DNA of 64,000 bases from Guillardia theta CCMP2712 (taxonomy: Eukaryota; Protista; Cryptophyta): the NCBI RefSeq assembly GCF_000315625.1, contig NW_005434624.1:53414-117413 (forward strand). The letters run 5' to 3'. Positions 24,201-36,642 of the stretch are shown one piece after another (position 1 is the first letter of the stretch; each line of letters opens with the position of its first letter). The position numbers and the translations under genes are program-made. Under the pieces are notes generated by a model that saw only the letters and a program-made list of their open reading frames with translations, had not been told where the DNA came from and did no database searches.

Positions 24201-27200
24201 GACAAGTATTGCAAGTCAGTCTGCGATGAATACGAAGAAACCAACTGCACATTGTCACTCAGGACAAAAATGGAGTCGCCGATGTTGATGAGAACGTCCT
24301 GCTTCTGATTCAAGACTGGAAAGAGAGAAATCTGCACGGTCACGACGAAACCTCCGCAAATCGTCCCCGAAGTTGGCAGTGCCTTCAAAATTGAAGGAAG
24401 CAACTCGTCATAGTATGTCACGGTGTACGATGCCGTCAGACCGGAAGGAAAAGTGATTTCGCCAGTAGCAGTGTCATATTGATTGGAGCTAGGAATCAAC
24501 AGTCTCACAGTGGCCTGTCCGGTATTGAAGTCTCCTGAAAAGTCCAGGACAGGCACTTCTACACCCATCAGAGTAGCAGAAACTGAGCTGAAGGTCTGGA
24601 AGATTTGTTCAATCGTCACAGTGACCGGAGTTGTTGAGTATTTCTTGACGAATGCACCGGATAGATCGCCAACAACCGACGAGACACGCGGGGCGGAAGC
24701 GTCGATGTACTGGAACCCGTTGGATCCTGATGCAAGAGCGTACCTGTTTGGAAAGTCCCTGTGTGCAAGAAACACTGTCGCATATCCAGCAACAATTTCT
24801 GGCACGCAACAAGGGGTACGAAGCCTGATCTTATAACCTTGGATCAGAGACTTGTCAAGAGTTGGATTCACTTGCGAATACGAGATCAGCTGGCACGAGA
24901 GCTCAGTGATAGTCGCGATAATGTCACTCAGTCCATTCTCAATTGCAGCAAACTGATTAATTGTCACTTCGATTTCTGTTTCCGTATTTGTAAATCCTTG
25001 AGCTGGTTTCAGAGATGTGATGTCTGGATTCGGAGCCTTGACGTAGGAAAAGGAAGAAGGGAACTCAATTACATCCCCAGTTATGTTAATCTTCAGGGTT
25101 GGCTTAACAGTAGAAGGATCCAGTACTGTTGGAATGCGAAGCTTGATTTGACCTGTATACTTATTTGCAGTACTCGACTGAGTGAATGTCGCAGAAGTGG
25201 CTGTTGTCATTGTATTGCCGAAATAGATCAAAAAAACACTTGCAGACTGAGATGTGATCGAGCTTGGCAAGTTCTGTACAGTTACTTTCATTGAAACTTT
25301 GCCATCTGTAAAGTATGACGTGGGATCAAACGATGAAATGTACATTTTATCATTTGGTAAGATTTGTACAGTGAAGGTAACAGACTTCACAGCCAAAAGA
25401 GTGCCATCATTCTTGTATGAGATTACAAATGAAACGTCAAACGACTGGTTGTAGGGGATTGTTGGAGCTGTTAACAGGATATCGAAGTCAGTAAGTTTGG
25501 TCGTCGATTGGAGCACCTGCTGGATTGTTGCTGTCAGTCCAGGAACATCCATGGAGGAAACCGTCTTCACGATATCAAAATCGTTTGCTGTGAGCCCTGC
25601 CGTGCCAACATTCGAGAGAGACACCATAACTACTTTCGTATCTTGAGTGGTTGCAAAGACAACCTGCGGCGGATCAACGAAATTGAGGGTGGTCCTTAAA
25701 GTGTTTGTGACGGAAAAGCTTGCTGAGCCAACCTGTGACTCCCTTCCAATAGCATATACTGAGATGGTAACTTGGGTCGGACTTGTTGCCGAGACATCAG
25801 GCGTCAAGAATGAAACGATTGTAGTTTCAAAACTGGAAGAGACTGTCAGCTGCGATGAACTCAATACAACGCTCCCAAAGGAAACTTTCAAGTCACTTGC
25901 ACCCGAAATTCTCCTGAAGTTTGTCAAGAGGCATGTCACTGGAACATTTCCTGTGTCTTTCCCTTGAGAGGGTTGAACCGTCATGACTGGATCACCTGTT
26001 GGAATTGCGACATACTGAATGTTAAAACTGATCGCATCGGCCAGACGGACTATGCTCAATGAAACAACGGCAGAACCCGGAGCAAACGGTGGAGCTTGAA
26101 AGGTGACAGTGGAAAGCTGCAGGTTGCTATCATAAGATATGCTGTATGTCTGGACTATCGTTGAAGTCGAGGTAGCAGAGGATGAGGATTGAATTTGAAT
26201 AGTCAAGTCAGATTTAACGACAGTCGCGTCACCGAAGTTGAGGATAGTGACAGTGATGGAATCTAAACCGTCAGTGTACACGTTTTCTGTTGTCTGACTC
26301 TGAATAGCAGGAGGATTTGGATCAACAACAGTGAATGCAAATGAAGCAACCAATGATGGAAGAACGATGTTCGAAATATTGATCGTTCGCAACCCAGGCA
26401 GGATGTTTGGCACCGTCAAAGACTGTTGAAATATGTCAGTGATCATCAGCAACTTTACAGCTTATGTACCATCTTTGTTGAAGTGGAATCACTTTTCAGC
26501 AGAGTCAAGTCTGACGTTGGCAGTTGTTGAGCGCTCATTGTCACATTCAGCTCTGTGACCGAGTACACCAATTGAAAGTTCTTGAGAGTAACTTGAACTT
26601 TGGTATATGGCAGACCTCTTACCGGGATGAAATCAGCTTGCACGTCACCTGTAGGATCAGGAAGATATTGTAATGTTTTGTACAAGTTGTAGGAAGGTTG
26701 TCCCAGGTTGATTGTGACGTCAAATAACCCTGTTGTCGTTGCTGAGCGACTTCGGAAGAAGAGAATCGCACTTCCCATCTGGAGTTGGGAAAGTTGCGCA
26801 ATAGTACTGTTGAAACAATGTCACTCCTTCTTGCTCTACACAGTAAAAATCAAATTGTACCTGTTGATTACTGTGACGTCTTCTTGACTTGCTCCGCTAA
26901 GAAAGTTGGAAATAAAATCGGTTCCTAAGAATTGTTCTTGCAGATTTGGGACTAGCCAATCTGAGTACTTCAAGAAACTGACTTTGTTGTCGTCAACTTT
27001 CGTGTTGCCTATATTGACTGTAATGGAAATGCTGCCCTCAGGGATCGTGAATCCACATACTATCATTGCACCCCCTTGCAAGCGACTCACAGTCGGACTC
27101 ATACTGATGAGAAATGGCTTTGCATAATCAACGAAATTCAACTTCAAGGTGCTGGTGACCGATGATTGCTGATTCTGGTAAATGCTGTTGAAAGCTGTCA

Positions 27201-30200
27201 CAGTAATGCTGTACGATCCGGCATCCAAGGTAGTAGGAGTGGAAATTTGAATTTCCACTTGACAGCTGAAGAGGTCTGTGCACTCCGTATACGAAATTAC
27301 TGTTGCAAGCTCTTGGCCGACAGTGACCTGAAAGCTTCCAGTCTGGGTGGGAAGATTTGATACGCGAAACTTGACGATCGTCGACTTGGTGATGTCGATG
27401 CCAATGCTCGCTGCTGTCTGATTTAGAACTTGAATGAAATTATCGGGAAGTTGCAGCTGAGGAACACTGGACAGTCAAAGTCAGGGAAACAACCAATCTC
27501 TATCAGAAGAAGATTTACCTCAAGTAGCGGAAACCGTTAGCTAACTCCAATGTTGATGGTACGCTTCCAGTCTGGTAGTTGATAACCAGTTTGACAACGA
27601 CATACCCAGCAGAGCTTGACGAAGGAGTATTGCCTGCGACTGTCAATTTGTCTGAGTTTTGTGAGAATGAAACCGCAAGGCATTCCACGTTGTTCAAGTA
27701 CATCTGGACCGAGCTGACAGTTTCCAGCAATCCAATGGCAAGCACCGAAATAGCTGTACCTCCGCTGCTCAACCCGTACCCGGGAACCACGCTGGCGATG
27801 TACTGTTTTCTGAAGTTGAAGATCGGATCTGTCGTCAAAGGAAGCCGAGAACCCTGCAGGTAGAAACTGATTATAGCGACTCCTTGAGTAGCCAACAAAG
27901 GTGTTCTTGCTGTAATCCTTAGAGTACCCTCGACGTCAGGAGTGATATCGGTTACCGTACCCATACTAGAATTGAAATACACCTGGATTCATGTCATCTC
28001 AAAACGTTTACGATTGACCGATACCTGCAATGTACTTGAAGTTGCTTGGAAGAAGTTCAGCAGACCTGCCTTGTATCGAGTTTCACCATCACGAGGCTCC
28101 AAAATCGTAAAAGTGATCGTATTAATCTTGTCATTTGAACCTGAGACGGGGTACGAGTACTGTACACTGGCAGCCTGTTTCATCAAATGTCAGCTTCAGC
28201 CGCATAAGAATATGTAATCTTTCCTGATACTGAAAAAAGGAGAGTGAGAAGGAAACGATTTTGGTTGGTGAGCCATAGTTTGACCTGATCTCCGCAATTG
28301 CTTGACCCTGTTGATACATGGGATAGTATCTGTTCGAAGCGATGGGAAATAGGGGAGGATCAAAAATAAATTGTGTCGTAATATCAACAGCTTCTGGGTC
28401 ACTCAGAAATGCAGTTGATGTTCTTACAGTCCTTGATGATACAAAGAGCTGAGAAATTACGGACCTTGACCCAAGAGTGACATTTATGGGAAGATAGGTT
28501 GTGGAGGGTGCGAGTGGCAAGTTCTCAACCGTTATTGCAATGTTGTTTTGTACGTTTCCATCGATCCAGACATAACTCTGACCATCCCACTGAGCAACAC
28601 GCAGGGGAAACTTTTGATCAGCAGGGTATGAGATATACGCTCTTAGTTTCCACGCCTTCCTCACGAAACTTTTCAAATCCATAAATCCAATTCCAGCAGA
28701 ATTTTGAGCTTGAACAAGAATGTAATACACTGTTCCCTCAAGCAGCGTGTTCAGCTCTGGGATCTTGTATGTGCATAAACCATTGCAGTCAGGTGATTTA
28801 GAAAATTGCTGGACTGTGCATGTGCTGCCAGAATTTACCTCCGGACAAGTCGAAAGTTTGATACTGTAATCAAGCAAAATGTTTTCGAACACACCTAGCC
28901 CATATCCATAGTCTGATGGAGCATTCCAGCTAATCAAAAACCCATCGCTTGCAGCTGTTACACTCATGTCTCTCACAGGCCCTGGTTTGCTCATGGCTCT
29001 TACACTCGCAAATTCACTGAAGGGTCCTTCATCGATGTCATTGATCGCCAATAGTCTTCCCCTGACACTCTGACCTGCCATGATTGGCTCTGGAAGGGTG
29101 CCTAAAAGCTTATCGGCCCTCGAGTTGCATTCACAGATATGTGCAGCATTCCATATAACGATGGGGAAGATGTCTCCATCTGTGCAATTAACCCAACCTG
29201 GTGCTATGTATGGGACTGACCATTGCCCATCCGCACCGTAGCGCACTACTCCCTCACAGTAGCAGATTTGACCTTGATTGGCACATTTCGTGAACGTTCC
29301 CCCAACAGCAGTGTTGAAATCGTACGACACAATGCTCTCTGCAGTCGTGATATTGTTTCCATAGTACACCGACGGGTTTGCAAAAATTTGCAACAAATAT
29401 GCTTTTAAACTCTTTTGCGACGTAGTATCTCCTGTATCACTTGGCCGACTCCAGGTCATTCGCACAGTAAGACTGTTTCTGTTCGAGATGGCTGGAGTAG
29501 GAGGCTGTCCTGGTGGACCAGTGAATCGAGTTGCATTGACTCGCGGAGAAGAACCCTTTCCTGCCAAGTTGATTGCCCAAACACTGACTCTGTAAATTGT
29601 ACCTTTGACCAAACTCCCTTGGAACACGAAACCCTTTGTTCTCGCGGAGATGTTCTTGTGATATAAAGATTGTGTACAAGACATTAAATTGTAATCTATG
29701 CTTCCGCTCTGTTGCACAACAACGCCCGAGCAGCTTCCCTCTATCAGAACTTCATACTGTACAACATAGTTCCTCGACCCGCTGATTGCCCATTGTTGAG
29801 CTTGTTCAGAATCTTGCCATGCAATGCCCATACTTCGCGAAGGTAAAGATTGCAACGACACATATTCAGGTGGACCCGGTACGACTGGTGATTCTGCGTT
29901 TCCGATAATGCCGCATTCTTCAAGGCTGCATTGCTCTTTCTGACAGATCTCTCGGTTCAATTTCAAATAGCTTGGTTTTGTACAGCCTGAACTTGTCAGG
30001 CAAGTGTAGTAATTTCGAAGGCAAAAACCTGCACACACAAATGAATTTGTGCCCTGGTTTTGCAAAACTATGCCCTGAGACACAGCTTCTGCTCGGATAC
30101 CCTCGCATTCTGCGTACTGAGCAGAACATATCTCAGACTTGCGTTGGCAGAAATACTCATTATCTTGAAGTCCGCACGACGCTGCGTCACAACCTTCGTA

Positions 30201-32923
30201 GGCACAAAGCTGGGCATAAGACTGCATGCTACTCGTGTCGGCACATCCTCCAGTCTCCACGCATTCAACGTATGATTTGGAGCAAGCACAATTCACTTTG
30301 AGATAACACATGCCCGTTGCCTCATTATAAATGCACCCTGGCAAGCCTCCAGCCCACGGATTATTGCAAACATCTCTACCTCGCTGTCCCATGTCCAGTT
30401 TTGTCAAATAATGGCTGTAACAGACATCGTTGGAGAAGTCTATCGTGCTTTCAAGACAGGATCGCAATTTGCCGACACACTTGAACCCAGTTTGATTGCA
30501 ACTTGTGTAGGTAGATGGTAATCCACATTCAAGTGCGGTGCAACCAAAATCAGCACACAATTGAGCATGCTTCTGAATCCATGTTGCATCGCTTACACAA
30601 CCCGCAGTGTTCAAACATTCATATTGATTCTTGGCACAATCGCATTTGTTTGCTCCTGAGAATTCGCATTGGATGTACTGGTTGTTGCATTGCGCCGCTA
30701 AGTAACTGCATTTCCTTCCACATACACCACATTCATCGGGGGTGCAACCATTAGTCATGCAAATATCAGACATCTCCTGCAAAAAGCTGTTGGAGAATTC
30801 ACAACCATAGTGATCAAGACATTGAATCAATTCACTAGTGCAGGTACAATCTCCTTTCATTCTGCGGCATTCCAAATATTTTTGACCACATGTGAGCTTT
30901 ACCAGTGAACTACAAAAGACATTCTTCACACCCGGCAAAAACCCGCAGTCACTGTCAGGACAACCATCCAAAACGCAATGTTCGTAGAGGAAGGTACGAT
31001 CAGAATCCTGTAAACAAGTACTATCTTCCAAACAAGAAGAGTATGCACGAGAGCACTCACAACGGTTATGGTCATAGGCAGTATAACCAATCGGTGTATC
31101 ATAAAGGAACGTATCACGCCGCAATCTGAGAACGACAGTCCTAGATTCCGAAGTGCAGCTTTCAAATGAGATGAATGGAAAGTATTCGAGAGCATCGTTT
31201 AGGGTAATGCTGGGTCCCCTTCCGGAAACTGGATCTGAAATAGCGGAGCTAGAAATCCATTGGTTCTCCGTCCCAAACCAAACCTTACCATTGGAACCGT
31301 CGATAGCTACCCTGATAGTCACGGTATTTGCACCAGTATTGGCGAAATTAGAATACTGGGCTGATGAAACTTGATTGATATTTGCTAGTCTCTTAATGAA
31401 TCCAACCTGGGCACACGGCGGCACGAGGACTTCAAAATATATTCTACCCTGCCAGATTGGCTTCAAAATTGTCACTGAGGAATACAGAGACGGGTTGATT
31501 GGGATATTGCTTGCAGCAAGTTGATTACCTGGACTTGAAGTGGCCAATTCTACTGTGATATTGCCATAAACATTCTCCGAGCAATGGTAAAAATCCGATG
31601 CACAACGCATTGAGGTAGTGTTGCAGGACGCGGTGTTAAGGCCGCACTCCTCTGCGGTACAACCTTCCAGCACACACATGCTTTCGGCGGTATAACCTGA
31701 AGCTGACGATGCAACTTTCACGTTACAATTTGCATCTGTCATACATTGCAAAAACGATTTTGTGCATGTGCATGATCCTTGAGATTCTAACATGCATGTA
31801 GAGAAAGTTTGTGCACACACAATCGCTGTCGTATTGCAGTCGACCGTGCTGAGACCACACTGCACAGCCGTGCAACCACTTGATCGACACACTTCGCGAT
31901 GAGCTGACAAATCAGCTGCAGAATTTGCGCACCCCCAGCTCTGCATGCACTGATAGTATTCTCGAGCTCCAGCACACGTGTTGGAGTTTGGTGCACAATA
32001 CATGCGATCAATATCTAAAATATACAACAAACAATTATTGCAGAGCGCCGAGTTGGAGGAGGCGTAATCAAATTTTGTAGGCGGACGCAAAGGATTATTG
32101 AGACATTCAGTCGTGGATAAGTCACACATTCCCTCCACTTTGGCCAACAGGTGTATGCATATCTGGCTGTTCACGCTGTACATAAATGCTGTGCATCCCT
32201 GGATTTTGTCACACTCCGCCGCACACTGTTCCGGGGTAGGAAAAACATAAAACTTTGAAGCAGCATTTGTGAAACTCCCGTAGAACGTAAAACCAGGTTG
32301 ATACCAGTATCCATTTCCCTGCATCAGTGTAAGAATGCAGCACCATCTAAACAGATAAAAAAGATATTGCGTACAGTCTTAGAGTTGTTCACGCATGTCT
32401 GAGTCCGACTTGTGTATGTAGGAATGTATCCTTGTTGAGTCTCGATCTGATTAGTCCACCTGTGAGAATCAAAATGAGACTCAGAAATGTGTGGAGGGGC
32501 GAGAGGATCAACAGCTGGAAACTACCTTTGGGCACATTGCTTTGCAGCATCGATGCAGGTCAGTGTAGAGTATCGGCACGATGTGCAGGAGTCGTATGCT
32601 TGGATGTAGCAACAACCAAAAAGACCTCCGAAGAAAGGGTCTTCACACTGTAATTGGCCGTAGTTGCCTTTTTGTCTGTAGTTCTTGTCGCAGCTGTCGA
32701 TGTACGAGATAGAGGAGCTTGCATTGCTAACATTGCTGCTTTTGTTCTGACCATAGTCTACACACCATCCGAGAATAGGTTTGATGACAATATCGTTCGT
32801 CCGGATTTCGTACGAAGATTTATCCTCCGCCACATCGGAGAGTTGCTGTGCACCTTTGGATGCGTAACCTTGGCACAAGTAGCATGCCAAAACAGCAAAC
32901 AGAATGAGATGGCGAAATTCCAT
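15210..32923 (-). CDS. Giant (~5,730 aa) single-pass polycystin-1/adhesion-like receptor: SP, Cys-rich repeats, PAN, SPRY-like, FN3, IPT/TIG repeats, REJ, GAIN/GPS, Myxococcus-type Cys repeats, TNFR/EGF, ZU5-like, TM, 3 zinc ribbons
   Basis: Consecutive minus-strand ORFs are joined in frame by 10 short introns (32460-32525, 32319-32374, 28175-28223, 27983-28024, 27467-27518, 26807-26860, 26423-26469, 22728-22778, 21513-21562, 18480-18524), giving 17,202 nt. Motifs: signal peptide MEFRHLILFAVLACYLCQGYA; REJ-like LDASGSYDPD, FAWTC, VNRPPSSGTC, CSNWIDADLPLSF; GPS CAFLD...GC...CRCNHLTEF; EGF-Ca DIDECK; TM AGVIAAAIIVPIFFIGMLVLAYY. Confidence 0.85.
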
Positions 32924-34798
32924 CTTCAACGATATAGTTTGACTCCTCGAGCACCTACTGCTTGCACCGTCACGGATCACGAACGGGTTGAGAGCATGAC
33001 AACACTTCGAGCCGGTAGGTACTTCTCAGAGATGCAACTAGAAGATGCGAGCAGGGACAGAGTTGTCGAAGCAGCTCAAGCACATCAACCCACAAGAAGT
33101 AGAATCCTGATCTCCACCCTCTCCCTCAGTTCCTCTCTCTCTCTCGCCGCCATTGTCGCCTCCATATCCCTCTGCCGCCTTCGGCTGTCGACCGTGACCC
33201 TCTGCGCGGCGTCCTCGAGAACTCACCCAAATGTTTCACACTCCATTCAAATTTGGAGATACCCCTATACCCCTAATTTCAATGTTCTTATTACCCGTAC
33301 AAAAAAATATTTTCCGAAAACAATTTATAATTACGGATCAATTTGGGGCCCAGTTCTCATGCAGGCCATCTTGCCCTACGTTGACCCTCGGGTACCCTCA
33401 AAAGTGACATAACCCTACCCTATCTTGAATCTATCCACCCCTTATTTTCTCTTACATACTACCCCTCTCCGTCCATCCTCCACCCACCCCGGACGGCTCT
33501 TTTCAACCTTCGCTCTCCGAACAGTTATCCAACGTTCCTCACAACCACCCACCCGTGGGTTGATCTGATATTTATTTTCCCTACCCCTCACCAAGAGCAA
33601 ATTATCCTTACTACCCCCGTCTTCTTCTCAATCTTTTCAATCCACCCCTTCGATTCATACGAAAAATTCCCATTCTACCGGGTCATGGAGGCTACTTCAT
33701 CACCCCTACCGTGAGATTTCCCGGATTGGCCACCCCTACCTTGGTAGTTAAATTTTTGTACCCCCACCTCTATTTCCTCGCTGTCTTGTCAAACTCGTGT
33801 GATAACGGATAGTTTTTACTTGTTACCACCCACCCCCCCTCTCCTCAGGCTCGTTGGATAAGGAGTCCGCACTCACTGAGTCACTGAGCCCACCTCGCCT
33901 GCTCCACCCTCCTTCCCTTGCCCCCGTCGTTAGGCTCAGTTACCGGGGTAGGGGTCATGGTGAGGCTTCAGGCTTCAAGGTGACTACAGCGCCGGGGTCC
34001 GACCCCTTCCGATTCACATGATTTCAGTCAATTCAGCCTCACAGAGTCACCGTCAAGCCTTTCCAAACCCGACCGTCACGCCCAGTCGGAACTTCAAGGC
34101 TGCGACGGTCGGCCCGCTGAACGGTCTTGCCTGCGGCAGTTGACTCCTGACCAGTGGCGCTGAGACGGTTGAACCGTTTCTCAGCGCCACTGATTACGGT
34201 ACGGTACGGCAGTACCGACCGCCGTCGGTAATCATGATCAGCGCGCCGCGGCCTGCCTCAGTTGACAGTGAACCGGGCGGGCCGACTCTGTCAGTACGGT
34301 CGGCGGCGGCACCGCGGGCCAGGGGCCGCCCGACTCAGCCTGGCACTGTGGTCGGGCTCGCCGCCTCCGCCCCGGGGACTCGCCGGATCAGTGACTCCCA
34401 GTCCGGCTCACAATGACACTGAGTGACTGAAGTTTATTATTGAAGGCGGCTTGCAGTGCCGCGGCGGTGCCGGCCACTCAGACTGTCACGCCGATGATTG
34501 AACGGTTGAGGCTCGCACTGATCGCCGCCGACCGGGTGACCGGGTCAAAACTTGTTGTATTCGGATACCCTGAGCTGCCGCAGTGCAAGCCCAGTGGATC
34601 GGACCGCGCGACTGATGGCCGGGCGGCCCGGGGACTCGGACCGGGCTGACCAGGGTCCGATCACCGGGCCCGGCCCGCCGGGGTGCCGGACTCGACTCCA
34701 CCGGGCCAGGCCCGGCCGGCGGACCGGGCCGCCGGGCCTGCCCGGCCGGCGGACTCAGTGGACCGTACTACGGTAGCACTGCCAGTTGGAGTAACTTA

Positions 34799-35180
34799 GG
34801 CCCGTTTCCCGCCGGCTCCCAGATTCTAGATTCCAGATTTTTTCATACAAATATAAGTCAATTTCTTTTTTTCTCCTCCAAATGTTTTGGAGAACTCAAC
34901 TATAAGTCATTTTAATTTGAGAATGAAACGATGCGGTTGACTTTCCCAGATTTTGCTTTTCGAATGGGTAGGCACTATATGGAAATATACTATTAGCTCA
35001 ATCGAGAAAAATTGTTAGAATGTAGGGAGGGTACGCTTGGAGCATCAAATATGAACAGGCAGTGGACCCCACCCCCTGTCAGTATACATTGAAAGCACCG
35101 GTGAATATTTCGGGGTAAATTTCAAATCACTTTCAATAAAGTCAAAAATCTGGAATCTGGGAGCCGGCGGGAAACGGCCC
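34799..35180. mobile_element. Tourist-like (PIF/Harbinger) MITE, 382 bp
   Basis: Terminal inverted repeats GGCCCGTTTCCCGCCGGCTCCCAGATT...CCAGATTTTT and AAAAATCTGGAATCTGGGAGCCGGCGGGAAACGGCCC. TTA direct repeats lie on both flanks (34796-34798, 35181-35183). The interior is AT-rich and non-coding. Confidence 0.8.
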
Positions 35181-35762
35181 TTAGTAAACTGCCAGTATGA
35201 CAGGGACTGTAGGTTAGCAGGATGGCTTGGAGCTCGTTGCTGCGAATCATCAGTGCATCTGCAGTGCATGATCTTTCGTAATGATACCTGCCTGCGCGGA
35301 GACTCGTCGGAGGAGAAGAGGAGAGGGTACGGTATAGGAAGAAGTGCATGTAGCAGGGTGGAAGGTAAGGGCCAGGCTCAGATAAAGAGGATTTAGACCA
35401 GTGGCGACGTGCATATAAAGGCAAAATAAGGAGCTGCAGAACGTAACCAAATTTCGCTCAGACAGGACAAAAGCAGTGAGAAGATGGTAAGAGTCTTGAT
35501 CTGAAAAGATATTTGCTGAGACGAGGGAATAGACAAGATTAAAGCTAAGCAGCGTTGAGGCATTTGATTTGAGCGCGTAAGGAGGCGTCGAAGACAATAA
35601 GAGAAACAAGAAGGCTAGTGTTCATGGAACGTGCTCAAAGAAAAACGACGTAGTTTGAGCAGAGGATCATGAATGTAGAGCTGCTTCACCCTTGCCTTGG
35701 GCAACCGTGTGTTTCTGTGCTGACCGTTACTTGCAAGTGAATCCAGGATCACAGGTATCCCC

Positions 35763-36642
35763 ATGAGCACGACGCCTGCAACCAAACGCGAAGTAGCGGA
35801 GAGCAGTTTTGACCTTTTACATCATGCCATCGTCGACAAAATCTCCAGGTAATCCTGCAGAAAGTGTATCATGAACATTGATGGTTCGCGATCAGCTCAA
35901 ACAGAAATCATCCAGAGAAAGACCTGGAGATGATTGGCTACACCGTGGGCCAAAAGCTGGTTGAACGCTATGTGAAGGAGAAGTGTGTCGCCCACAAGCT
36001 TGAACTTGGCTGATCGCCTTCGATAGGCCAATTCTTGAAAATGACCTGGCTGTTATTACCTTCCTTTGCAAGGATTTTTGGACGGAAGTATACGGGAAAC
36101 AGGTTCTTCTACCTTGAAAGGATACCTTCGAGGGCAAAAGGCATGTTGTGAATCACCTGACAAGGATGTGGCAGATGGACAAATTGAGAACAAATCACAA
36201 AGGAGTTTTCGAGCTCCAGGTGCCTATTGCATCACCACCTCTCACTTTGTGAATGTGGACGAGTCTTAGGATCACAGATTCCGCGCGCTCCTGCGTGTAT
36301 CAGCGGTGAGCGTCTGTTCACCTGACCAGGACAAGGGCGTTCATGCTGATGTGATTTGTTACACGATGTAGGGAAGTCAAGTCAACTTGAGCGAGGCAGC
36401 GAAGAAGTGAATGAGAATGGTTGTGACATGAAGGGGATGATTGTCTTGGTTGCTGCAGGTACCTCATTCTGCCCTGTGGAATGATTCGAGGTTCTCTGTC
36501 CGCCTTGGGGCTTGAGGCTACAGGTAAGCAGTGATATCTCCTAGGGAGAACTTTGTTTTGATGAGGGGAGACAGTTAAAGCAGAGTCGTCGTCGCTTCCA
36601 GGTGTAATTTTTGTTGTACATGTGCATGAGTCTTCAAGGTAA
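35763..36642 (+). CDS. TRAPPC6: TRAPP complex subunit 6 (Trs33/TRAPPC6), multi-exon
   Basis: Spliced: REVAESSFDLLH...LEMIGYTVGQKLVER...VITFLCKDFWTEVYGKQMDKLRTNHKGVFELQDHRFR...YLILPCGMIRGSLSALG, the Bet3/Trs33 family signature. Confidence 0.9.

Noticed and set aside
15210-32923. Giant gene as an integrated virus or a frameshifted pseudogene
   Set aside because: Each ORF break is explained by a short intron with host-type splice signals that restores the frame; no viral hallmark genes
32654-33412. 252-aa plus-strand ORF
   Set aside because: Antisense to exon 1 and leader of the giant gene; runs into promoter-like DNA; no recognisable domain
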